This document shows positions 10,309 through 18,577 of a stretch of DNA of 64,000 bases, piece after piece. The translations under genes were made by a program, and so were the position numbers. Location: positions 1-64,000 of the forward strand of contig CAVZKL010000012.1 in the NCBI GenBank assembly GCA_963775895.1, given 5' to 3'. The notes beneath the pieces are model-generated. The model was not told where the DNA came from. It saw only the letters and a program-made list of their open reading frames with translations, and made no database searches. Each line of letters begins with the position of its first letter. Within the stretch, counting starts at the first letter, position 1. The stretch is from Candidatus Bathyarchaeota archaeon. Its GTDB lineage: Archaea > Thermoproteota > Bathyarchaeia > Bathyarchaeales > Bathycorpusculaceae.

Positions 10309-10755
10309 CTATATGTCGAGTATGAACTTCAACGTCACTTTTCCCGGAGCAGTAATTATCTCCATCTGATGATAAGTAACAGCCTTTATTCCTACCTTCT
10401 GCAAGTGTCTCTTCGGATCAAACCTTTCTCCCCACAACTCCGCCTTGAGAACGAAGCCGTTTGGGTCCTGACTCAACTGCTGAACTTTAAACTTGGAGTA
10501 GACCATATCCTTCAGCTCAAATCTCAGGAGCAAAGCTTCAAGCCAATTGTAGAGCAGAGCGTACTCGTCATCTCCTCTCACTTCAATCTCATCCTCAGTT
10601 TGAGGGCGTATCTTCTCGACCTGAGTCATGACGTTAAACATGCCAGCTGCGGCGCTCTCAAAAGCCTCAGCCAAATCTTTTCCGTAAGCAGCCAAGTACG
10701 CGTCGGCTGTGTGTTCAAGACGCTCGTACCTTTTTTTCTCGTCCATACTTTCCAT
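10309..10755 (-). CDS. Archease (RtcB activator)
   Basis: YERLEHTAD, IKAVTYHQM, C-terminal LDI. Confidence 0.96.
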   Translation of the reverse strand: MESMDEKKRYERLEHTADAYLAAYGKDLAEAFESAAAGMFNVMTQVEKIRPQTEDEIEVRGDDEYALLYNWLEALLLRFELKDMVYSKFKVQQLSQDPNGFVLKAELWGERFDPKRHLQKVGIKAVTYHQMEIITAPGKVTLKFILDI

Positions 10756-10910
10756 CGTGGAAATAATTGAGAGGATTCGAGTTAAAAACGGTTTTCGCTC
10801 AAAAAAAGGCGCACACGCAAAATGCCTATCCGCACTGCCGAAGCGTGCTTTCTTTTCTCATCCATAATGCGTATAGCTCTGAAGATGAATAAAAGAAAAG
10901 GAAAAAGGTG

Positions 10911-11955
10911 TTAGAAACGCTTTGGAATGTTCCTTGATAGCGGCAGTCATGAGTTTCACAACATTCTCTGCGTCTGCTAAGCTGATTAAGGACGTTGGAC
11001 TGTGAATGTAGCGCGTCGGTATCGAAAGCGGTCCACTCGGTACTCCTTCCCTTGCCAGCGATATGCGGCTCGCATCGGTCGTACCTCCAAGCCCTGCCTC
11101 GAGCTGATAGGGTATCTTGTTCTCCTCAGCCGCGTCAATGAGCAGCCTCAGAACTTTGGGATGAGTTATCAATCCGCCGTCCGCAACGCCAAGGGATGGG
11201 CCTTTTCCGAGTTTCACCGGAGCTTCTCCTTCCTTGACTCCAGGAGTGTCTCCAGAGACCGTCACGTCAAGGGCGATGCCTAGATCAGGGTATATGCCAA
11301 AAGCAGAAGTCACCGCTCCTCTGCAACCAACTTCTTCCTGTACGGTTCCTACGGCGTACACGGTGCAATCCGCTTTTTCCAAGCGCTTCATAATCTCGAT
11401 CATGACGGCACAGCCCGCGCGATCGTCAAAAGCCTTGCCGATCACGATGTCTTTGTTGATCTTGGCGAACTTGATGTCAAACTCCACTGGGTCTCCTATC
11501 TGCACACCCATTTTTCGTGTTTCTTCTTGGCTTTGGGCCCCTATGTCTATGAACAGCTCATCGGATGCGAGGACCCTTTTTCTTTCATCTTCCTTCTGAA
11601 TGTGTGGAGGTTTGGACCCTATTATGCCATGCAAAGGCCCCTTTTCAGTGCAAACCATGACTTTTTGAGCTGGCAGCACGCGGTCGTCTATGCCGCCCAT
11701 CTTCACAAACTGTAAGAACCCTTCTTTCGAAATGGTCTTGACAAGCAGTCCGATCTCGTCCATGTGTGCAGCGAGCATCAGTTTTGGAGAGTTTTTCTTT
11801 CCTTCCTTGAGAGCTATGATGTTTCCGAGTTTGTCCTCTTTGACTTCATCTGCGTATGGTTTCAGAAACCGGGTCATCAGACTTTTTATTTCTTCTTCTC
11901 TGCCAGTAACGCCGCACGCGTTCGACAGTTTTTCCAGATTTTCAACAAGGGTCAT
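10911..11955 (-). CDS. M42 family (TET-like) aminopeptidase; +1 indel just before the stop
   Basis: AAHMDEIG, GGID, KAFDDRAG, TVQEEVG, GGTTDA, RYIHSP. Removing one G near 10932 gives IKNIPKRF* at 10911, followed by a T-rich tract. Confidence 0.93.
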
Positions 11956-12113
11956 CTTGAGTCCTCTTGGAGCTAACAAGTCTCTTTTGTTGCATATTAA
12001 ACAATTGTGGTAAAAACCAAGGAGAGAGAAGCCAACGGCATGAAAAAGCCAGGAGTTGGAACATCGGCAGCAAAGGCTTTTGTGTAAACTCCTCGAATAA
12101 AGATCGGGATTCG

Positions 12114-12842
12114 ATGCGCAAGAGCCTCAAGATAAGTTTGATCGCGGTTTTTGGAGCCCTTCACGCAGTTCTGTACTTTTTGTCCTTCGGGCTGGGTTGG
12201 CGAAACTGGGCTATCTACATTGAAGCGATTGAAGGAATAACGTTGGGTCCGCAAGCTGGCTTCGCAGCCGCCTTGATCGGTAGTTCAATAGCCAGAATGG
12301 TGAAGTTTGATCCGCTTTGGATGTTTGGAATAGTGGCCGAACCCGTCAGTGTTCTGCTTGCCGGGTTTCTGTCCCAAGGAAAATGGAAACCGGCCGCGTT
12401 GGCGTATACGGGCATGCTGTTGGCTTATTTTGCACACCCGTTCGGAAGGATGCTACCTCTTTGGACCATTCTGGACATACTGTTCGCATTCATTATCATT
12501 TACCCAGCTGCCAAGCTCAGCGACAGATTGTACGGAACCAGCTTGAAGCAGATGTCACTTTCTCTAGTTCTGATTTCGTTCGTGTGCACAGCGACAGATT
12601 CGCTCGTCAGAGTCTTCCTGTTAATCCCGGGCGGTCTTCACGTCATGTTTTCCGATTTTTCAACCTTTCAGAATCTCCAGAATATATTCGAAGTTGCCGC
12701 TTTGTCCTCCTACATCGAAGATGCCTTGGTTGTTGTGGTAGCGTTGGTGGTCGGTGTTCCATTGTTGATTGCTCTGTCAAAGCTCGGTTTTTTCCAGAAA
12801 GTGAAACATGAAGATAGACCCGAGGACGCATTTTCGTCTTAG
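12114..12842 (+). CDS. Multi-pass membrane protein, ECF S-component-like
   Basis: ISLIAVFGAL...GITLGP..G..AALIG pattern and 6-7 TM segments. Confidence 0.65.
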   Translation: MRKSLKISLIAVFGALHAVLYFLSFGLGWRNWAIYIEAIEGITLGPQAGFAAALIGSSIARMVKFDPLWMFGIVAEPVSVLLAGFLSQGKWKPAALAYTGMLLAYFAHPFGRMLPLWTILDILFAFIIIYPAAKLSDRLYGTSLKQMSLSLVLISFVCTATDSLVRVFLLIPGGLHVMFSDFSTFQNLQNIFEVAALSSYIEDALVVVVALVVGVPLLIALSKLGFFQKVKHEDRPEDAFSS

Positions 12843-12918
12843 TGAAGCCTGAATCATGACGTGAGAAAGGCAAGTCATAAATCATGTTAACATATAAAGA
12901 ATAAGACAAGGGATAAGA

Positions 12919-13881
12919 ATGCCCGAGCAACAGTACAAAACAGTTTTCGTTTTCTTGGATACGGACAAACACGCAAGCCCTTTTGACATACTGATGGCTA
13001 TGGACAGTTTTCCCGATGCGGAAATGTTGAAGTACGAGGACGTTACCGTCGAAGACGCCGAGAAAATAGTCTATGACACGGTGTTTCCCCGAGGACCCGA
13101 AGGTGCAAAGCACACGAAAATATTCATCAACGGACGAGACTTCAAGAGAGCAAACGAGATTCTCGAAAAAACAAAAAGCAGCATGGTACCCCCATTCGAA
13201 GTTTCTGTGATAATCGACCCGAGAGGCGCCTACACAACCGCTACGGCCGCCGTCGCCAAAACATTCGAACTCTCCGTTGCCAAGGGACTGGGAACGTTCG
13301 AGAACAAGATCGTGACCGTGCTTGCGGGAACAGGGCCCGTCGGACAGACGGCTGCAAGACTCTACGCAAGCGAAAAAGCAGAGGTCATTCTTACTTCGCG
13401 CTCTCTTCAAAAAGTGTCCTCTATCGTCACTAGAATAAACGAGGAATTTGACACTGAAAGAGTTCGAGGCGTTGAAGCCCAAACTCCCGAGGATATTGGA
13501 TACGCCATCAAGAACGCAGACATCGTCCTTTCTGCCGGGGCGGCGGCGACAGAACTCTTGCCATTGCAAGTGTTGAAGGACTTCGGCAAAAAATGCAGGA
13601 TAGTTGCAGATATTAACGCAATTCCACCTTTGGGGGTGGAAGGATTAGATCCAGACACTTATGGCAAAGAGGTCGTGCCCAACGTCTCAGGTATAGGCGC
13701 ATTGGTCATTGGAAAACTCAAACACAAGGTCGAAGTGGGACTCATCAAGAAGGCTGTTGAAGAACCGAAAGGAGTCTTCGACTATAGAATTGCGTACGAG
13801 ATAGCTAAGAAAACCGTTACTGCACAGAAAGAAGAAAAGCAGGCAAAGTTGCCTGAGTCGCAGAAGAATTGGCTGCCTTAA
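12919..13881 (+). CDS. mtdB: NAD(P)-dependent methylene-H4MPT/H4F dehydrogenase (MtdA/MtdB family)
   Basis: ASPFD..MA.D, FPRGP.G...T.IFI.G.D, PPFEVSV..DP.GAYTTA.AAVA, GTGPVG Rossmann motif, D.NA.PP.G..G, GIGAL.IG..K. Confidence 0.85.
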   Translation: MPEQQYKTVFVFLDTDKHASPFDILMAMDSFPDAEMLKYEDVTVEDAEKIVYDTVFPRGPEGAKHTKIFINGRDFKRANEILEKTKSSMVPPFEVSVIIDPRGAYTTATAAVAKTFELSVAKGLGTFENKIVTVLAGTGPVGQTAARLYASEKAEVILTSRSLQKVSSIVTRINEEFDTERVRGVEAQTPEDIGYAIKNADIVLSAGAAATELLPLQVLKDFGKKCRIVADINAIPPLGVEGLDPDTYGKEVVPNVSGIGALVIGKLKHKVEVGLIKKAVEEPKGVFDYRIAYEIAKKTVTAQKEEKQAKLPESQKNWLP

Positions 13882-14303
13882 ACGATGGCTCTCCTGATCT
13901 TTGAGGCTATTTTTTCCAAATCTTGCTTTTCAGGTCTTACATTGTACTGACGTCCGAAACGGATTCCGAAGCCGTCACCCTTGAACCTGGGAATTACGTG
14001 CAAGTGGACGTGAAAGACTTCCTGAAACGCAGCCTCACCGTCTGACAGAAGCAGATTCACTCCTTCACACTTGACGCCAGACTCTTTCAAAGCCTCGGCT
14101 ACTCGCATGGCGATTTTGAACATGTGGCCACCGGTGTCTCCATCAAGATCAGACAAACGCGCCGCATGAGCTCTCGGAACAACCAGAACATGCCCCGGGT
14201 TGACGGGCTGAATATCCATGAATGCCAGAACCTTCTCATCGGAGTAGACCAGACTCGCAGCTGCTTGCCCTTTTACGATCTTGCAGAAAACGTCATCTTC
14301 CAT
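13878..14303 (-). CDS. HIT family hydrolase
   Basis: D.FCKIV.G, AFMDIQP..PGH.LVVP, HVHLHVIPR. Confidence 0.95.
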   Translation of the reverse strand: MEDDVFCKIVKGQAAASLVYSDEKVLAFMDIQPVNPGHVLVVPRAHAARLSDLDGDTGGHMFKIAMRVAEALKESGVKCEGVNLLLSDGEAAFQEVFHVHLHVIPRFKGDGFGIRFGRQYNVRPEKQDLEKIASKIRRAIV

Positions 14304-14340
14304 CCGAAAATCACTCCAACATACCCTACGGCTCTAAACA

Positions 14341-14637
14341 TCAATCCGCGGGATGCTCGGGGTTGAACCGTTCCAGAGCATGTTCAAAAGCCGAGACCCA
14401 GACCCCCAGTTCACGCTTGCTTTCAACCGCGACGACTCTTCCCCTGTGATCAACCATCATTTGAACAACGTTCTTCAGAACTATCATAGGCCTGTCAACA
14501 ACTCTGCCGTCATCGTCCTTGCGAGGAACCATGATGACGACGGCGTCGTCAGCCTTCAGAAAAGTGTTCCCGTCCAAAAAGAAACCGCTTAAATAGCAAC
14601 TTTTCAGTTTCTCCTTCAATCGCCGCAGTTCACTCAT
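14341..14637 (-). CDS. Hypothetical protein
   Basis: ATG-started 98 aa ORF divergent from the wHTH gene; no family recognised. Confidence 0.55.
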   Translation of the reverse strand: MSELRRLKEKLKSCYLSGFFLDGNTFLKADDAVVIMVPRKDDDGRVVDRPMIVLKNVVQMMVDHRGRVVAVESKRELGVWVSAFEHALERFNPEHPAD

Positions 14638-14807
14638 AGCCCGAACCCTCTAGACGTCTGATGATCGAAAAGACTCTTAAGGTTTTGATAATCCAAACGA
14701 GCAAAACGCGTCCAGTACAAAGCTCCGTTTGTTAGCATTTGTTTAACCAACGCTTAAATCGCCAAACTGCCCTCAGAGATGCCAAACACGCGCAGGGAAA
14801 ACTCGGA

Positions 14808-15128
14808 ATGAGCGTCGAGAGAAAAATTGTCTCTTACTTAGAAACGTATGGAAACACCAAAGAAAACGATCTGGTGAGCTACGGTGCTCAGCATCTTGGA
14901 TTGTCACCTGAGAAAATGAAGAAAATCTTGGACCGTATGGCAATCAAAGACAGGATCCACCGCATCGTTCACGATAAGCTCAAGCCAGCCGAGGTTTACG
15001 TAACACTTGAAGAACCTCTGCCACCTGAAGCACGGATTGAGGGACAGGTTTCGCACAACGAGGTTGAAAGAATTCTGGAAGAGGCCGCCTTTCTGGCAAG
15101 ACAAGCAACTAGAGATAATGTCCGATAA
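14808..15128 (+). CDS. Small winged-helix-like hypothetical protein
   Basis: ERKIVSYL..YG.T.E.DL.....LGLS.EKMKKILDRM...RI.R...YV pattern of three helices plus a wing. Confidence 0.6.
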   Translation: MSVERKIVSYLETYGNTKENDLVSYGAQHLGLSPEKMKKILDRMAIKDRIHRIVHDKLKPAEVYVTLEEPLPPEARIEGQVSHNEVERILEEAAFLARQATRDNVR

Positions 15129-15242
15129 TACGCGCTGAGAATAGATTAGAAAGATCCTGGCAACGGTGGTGACGTCTCCACTTTCTTCTGCGCAATTCCT
15201 CTTTTTTGCGCGTGCGCTTTCTTGGGTTATTAAATGGCTCAA

Positions 15243-15636
15243 CCTTGTTAAGATTTTGAGTTGCGCGCGCTTCGGGCTTAAGCAGTCTTGCCTCAAGCAA
15301 CCATTTTCCTGAGGGGTCAAGTCCCTTGAGTTTCTAAGGAACTTCTCCGCGCGCTAGGCGCTCAGGAGCCTTGCGGCCTTGAGCTTTGAATAACGGTCAA
15401 GGCTCTCCACGATATAGAGACACTTCTGCGCTGTCTTCCCATTGTCTACCGTGCCGCCTGCACATAGAAAGAGAGGTTGAGTCTTGGGTCAAGGCTTCAA
15501 GGCTTTTTGGGCCACTTCGAACCTTTGGAATCATCAAAAAACGGCGTTTCAAGGGTGAGTCAAGGCTTCTTAGGTGAGGTCTCGGCAAGGCTTCAAGGCC
15601 AACCTTTTCAAGGCCTACAAGGCACAGTCAAGGCTT
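15243..15636. repeat. Cluster of 14 CAAGG (consensus TCAAGGC) repeats, 4 on the - strand then 10 on the + strand
   Basis: CCTTG at 15243, 15324, 15369, 15377; CAAGG at 15398, 15490, 15498, 15550, 15561, 15586, 15594, 15609, 15618, 15629. Confidence 0.8.
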
Positions 15637-15698
15637 AGGGCGATAGGTTCGAGACATTGGCGCACGCGCTGACTCCGTTGGATCTTCGCTAGTAGCGC

Positions 15699-16910
15699 CT
15701 AGATTGAGGGTTTCATAGAGAGCTTGGGATGACGACTTTTCATTTTGAGGCAATCGACTATGGCTAGTGTGCAGATTATTACGCTGATAACCGCTACAGC
15801 AATTGTCCACATGAAGGGAAGGGTAATTGCCACTATGCCGCCTGAATAGAGTCCAAAGTATGGATCGTGAATCAAGGTCTGATTGACAGGTGGGTAGCTT
15901 AATCCTATTTCCAGCCATATCCCCCTGCCCTCTTCATAATAGTAATATGAACGGGCAGGACCGACCGAACCATTTACGTAAATGTTTGGATTGCCGTCTA
16001 TCGTTGTTTTTCCTCCGAAATCAAAGAAACCTCGTTCCTTCCCATCAACTTTGAAGACAGCAAGGTTTGAGGTTGCAGGATAGGCGTGATCGATGGTGTC
16101 ATAGGCTAACTCTTTATCATCGAAGGCTACGGTGACGTTTCCCGGCTCCAAAGATACGTATCGTACTCCATAGCTCATGAAAACACGTGAAGAAGCATTA
16201 TACGACCCAGCGAATTCATTTTCACTGTCTCTGAAGTTCTGGATTACTATGTCCATTTTCAACGTACCATTCAAAGCGTAATAATGAAAGTTCTCCGTGA
16301 CTATGGGAAATCTTTCCAACTCAGTCACACCCGATGCCATAGGAAAGGCCACTTCAACAACAGACCACTCGCATACGGGGACTCCATCCGGGTTCTCCGT
16401 AACAGTCACATTGGTTATTTCAATGGCATCATGGATCTTGTAGCCAACGATTATGATGTCTGGACCAGTGCCCAGCTGCGCCGTGTTGTTAGGGTCATCG
16501 GGAATATTGTTTCCATTCATGTCGATATAGTCCAGTAACATTACGGGGAAATAGTATTCCATCTTGTATCCTGTTTTCTTGTCTGTGAAGGCAACACTAT
16601 CCAAATCCCTGAGGGATATCAGGGTGCCATGATACATTACGAAACCTGCATCACTCCATTCGGAAGTGAAGGAAAACGCACCATACTGAGAATCACTATC
16701 AATCGTAAATGACGAATTTGTGTAGGAAACAGAAATGTTGCCGTCAGAAGAAGAAAGATTGCCATTGGCTAATAAGACGTGATTAATATTTCTTGCTCCC
16801 CGCGATATTTCAGCCCTAAAGGGGATAAAGGAAACTGCAACAAAGAGGGCACAGAGAAACATCGCCTCTAAGAACACTTTTCTTTTCATCATCTTGTCCC
16901 CAATGTCCAA
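15699..16910 (-). CDS. Cell-surface (glyco)protein with a signal peptide and C-terminal TM anchor
   Basis: KRK plus hydrophobic N-terminus, many NxS/T sequons, DMNGNNIPD Ca-loop-like motif, IHDP before the final TM. Confidence 0.75.
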   Translation of the reverse strand: MDIGDKMMKRKVFLEAMFLCALFVAVSFIPFRAEISRGARNINHVLLANGNLSSSDGNISVSYTNSSFTIDSDSQYGAFSFTSEWSDAGFVMYHGTLISLRDLDSVAFTDKKTGYKMEYYFPVMLLDYIDMNGNNIPDDPNNTAQLGTGPDIIIVGYKIHDAIEITNVTVTENPDGVPVCEWSVVEVAFPMASGVTELERFPIVTENFHYYALNGTLKMDIVIQNFRDSENEFAGSYNASSRVFMSYGVRYVSLEPGNVTVAFDDKELAYDTIDHAYPATSNLAVFKVDGKERGFFDFGGKTTIDGNPNIYVNGSVGPARSYYYYEEGRGIWLEIGLSYPPVNQTLIHDPYFGLYSGGIVAITLPFMWTIAVAVISVIICTLAIVDCLKMKSRHPKLSMKPSI

Positions 16911-16925
16911 CGTTGGTTTCCACTT

Positions 16926-16969
16926 ATTTTAAACGATGCATTTGTACACGCTGTACGGTAGAATCGTAC
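16926..16969 (-). promoter_or_regulatory. Promoter with TATA and GTACGG-N5-TCGTAC operator (copy 1)
   Basis: TTTAAAAT on the - strand just upstream of the 16910 start; near-identical to 17473-17519. Confidence 0.7.
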
Positions 16970-16983
16970 GCTTATTCGGGGAA

Positions 16984-17433
16984 TCATAGGAAAGAAGGCT
17001 TCCGTTTCCAGAGTATAATGGTTTCATACCAGAAAAGCAGACTTCCGGCTACTGCAGGAAGCAGAGCAATGACCATGACAAGATTCATCAGACCAGAGAA
17101 GAAGAGAAGAAAGAATACAACATAGCAACTGGCTGCAACAGCATAAAAAAGCTGCCGGGGAACCACGTATCCCTTGACTATTATGAAATCTCTGAACGGG
17201 CCGACCCCAAAACGTCTTATGACGCGGTAGCCGCCCATGTTGTTCTTATCTATGAGGCCAAGATGCATTAGCTTGTCAAGATGGTAGGTTGCTGAGCTTG
17301 GGCTTGAAAACTTGAGTGCCCTCATGATTTCTCTGGCGCCTGCCGAGCCATCGCCTTTCTTGAGCAGGTACCAATAGACAAGCGCAGTACTGCCTGTTAG
17401 TTCCGCGACTATTTTCCTCTCGTCGACACCCAA
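16984..17433 (-). CDS. Membrane-anchored wHTH (ArsR-like) transcription regulator with 2 C-terminal TM
   Basis: G.T..VYWYLL...GAREI.RAL.FSSPS.A.YHL.KL..LGLI.K...G.Y, then VVPR..FYA and two TMs. TTG at 17433 follows GGGGAG. Confidence 0.82.
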   Translation of the reverse strand: MGVDERKIVAELTGSTALVYWYLLKKGDGSAGAREIMRALKFSSPSSATYHLDKLMHLGLIDKNNMGGYRVIRRFGVGPFRDFIIVKGYVVPRQLFYAVAASCYVVFFLLFFSGLMNLVMVIALLPAVAGSLLFWYETIILWKRKPSFL

Positions 17434-17472
17434 GCCTGCTCCCCTTAACATGACATAACTTCCAATCACGGC

Positions 17473-17519
17473 ATATTTAACACGATACGTTAGTACAACC
17501 TGTACGGCAGAACCGTACA
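17473..17519 (-). promoter_or_regulatory. Promoter with TATA and perfect TGTACGG-N5-CCGTACA operator (copy 2)
   Basis: TTAAATAT on the - strand; 7 bp inverted repeat at 17501-17507/17513-17519. Confidence 0.72.
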
Positions 17520-17765
17520 CGTCCATTTTCCTATGGGAATCAGCTCCTCTTTGCTGGAGGTAGCAGAACCCAAAGCTCCAATGCACTCTTCTCTAGCTTC
17601 AGTGCTTCTTACGCGCGCGCTCCAAGCGTTCAGGAATTGACTGTATTCTGTAAGCGGATTGCCAAGTGTCGCTGTTACCCTTTCGTCCCAAAAGTTCTTG
17701 TCCGCGTGCGCTGCGTACACACTATAAGAAGAGTCTGTATTAATGACCGAAGGGGGTGACAAAGC

Positions 17766-18095
17766 ATGATTGAAAAGCTGTACCACATCACTTTTCCAGT
17801 TTCAGATCTTAAAAGGGCCGTTACCTTCTACGAAAACGTTCTCGGTCTTAAGAAGACTGGCGAATGGCCCAACTATGCAACCTTTGATGTTGGAGGAGTA
17901 CAGTTTGGTCTTGAACCATCAAAGAGGTTTGAAATCTTTCTACTTGTGGACGATGTTGACAAGGCATATCGGGATCTTAAGACGGAAGGTGTCGAGTTTA
18001 CAACTGAACCAAAAGACCAGCACTGGGGCGCTCGAACCGCAACACTCATGGACCCTGATGGAAACAAGTTCACCATAGAAACTTTCAAAAAGTAG
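17766..18095 (+). CDS. VOC / glyoxalase-bleomycin resistance family protein
   Basis: HITFPVSDLKRAVTFYENVLGL, VDDVDKAY..L, WGARTA...DPDGN. Confidence 0.9.
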   Translation: MIEKLYHITFPVSDLKRAVTFYENVLGLKKTGEWPNYATFDVGGVQFGLEPSKRFEIFLLVDDVDKAYRDLKTEGVEFTTEPKDQHWGARTATLMDPDGNKFTIETFKK

Positions 18096-18436
18096 TCCTC
18101 GCCAGTTCCTGTGCTTGTTGCGTTGTGACCTGTGCTTAGTACGTTGACGTAAACCCAGTAGTATTCCTTTGATCCTTTGTATTGGTTGATGTAGTAGGGC
18201 TTACCCAGATGAAGACTAATTGTCCCGTTGACGTTTGTGTGAAATGTGCGGTCGTTGCAAGGTAACTGTGTTGTTTCGCCTTCAAACGTGTGTTTCAAAA
18301 CGACTTCAGCATCTGCAAGGAACTCCCCCTTTTCTGTGATTCTGATTATTATCGTGTCCGTGTTGACGTATTGCTGCGTTAATTCGATGAAACCATTTTC
18401 TGTGTAAGCAGCGACATAGGACAGCGAGCCCAACCA
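18096..18436 (-). pseudogene. Truncated fragment resembling the end of a transglutaminase/PNGase-like core plus a beta-sandwich
   Basis: W.G.LSYVAAYTENGFIELTQQY resembles the PNGase WGKKLSYxIAF....VDVT.RY segment; no N-terminus and no stop of its own before the VOC gene. Confidence 0.45.
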
Positions 18437-18577
18437 AGACGTTGAAACCTACACGGTTAAAGCTGTGAACACAAGAGAAGAGGCTGAAAAACTTATAGCT
18501 TTAGGCTATGAATTTCACTACCGAACAGCAGATGGTGACTTGACTTGTTCCGAAAAAAGGTGATAGGGCTTGACTGA
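18435..18577 (+). mobile_element. C-terminal remnant of an archaeal tyrosine integrase
   Basis: ETYTVKAVNTREEAEKLIALGYEFHYRTADG, then a frameshift to DLFRKK. Matches my recollection of the EA.KL...GFEY.....LFRKRK tail of bathyarchaeal integrases. Confidence 0.6.

Noticed and set aside
7420-10755. Archease and rtcB separated by two genes as a novel RNA-repair system; intein in RtcB
   Set aside because: Archease-RtcB linkage is well known, nothing ties the intervening genes to it, and RtcB has normal length with no intein motifs
10725-10865. 22 nt imperfect repeat of the archease start (18/22) creating a 27 aa upstream ORF MDEKRKHA...
   Set aside because: The match is purine-rich low complexity and lies in the terminator region of the M42 gene; no support for translation
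15243-15636. CRISPR array or Orc1-binding ORB origin
   Set aside because: Repeat unit is only 5-8 bp with irregular spacing; no cas or cdc6/orc1 gene and no G-string ORB
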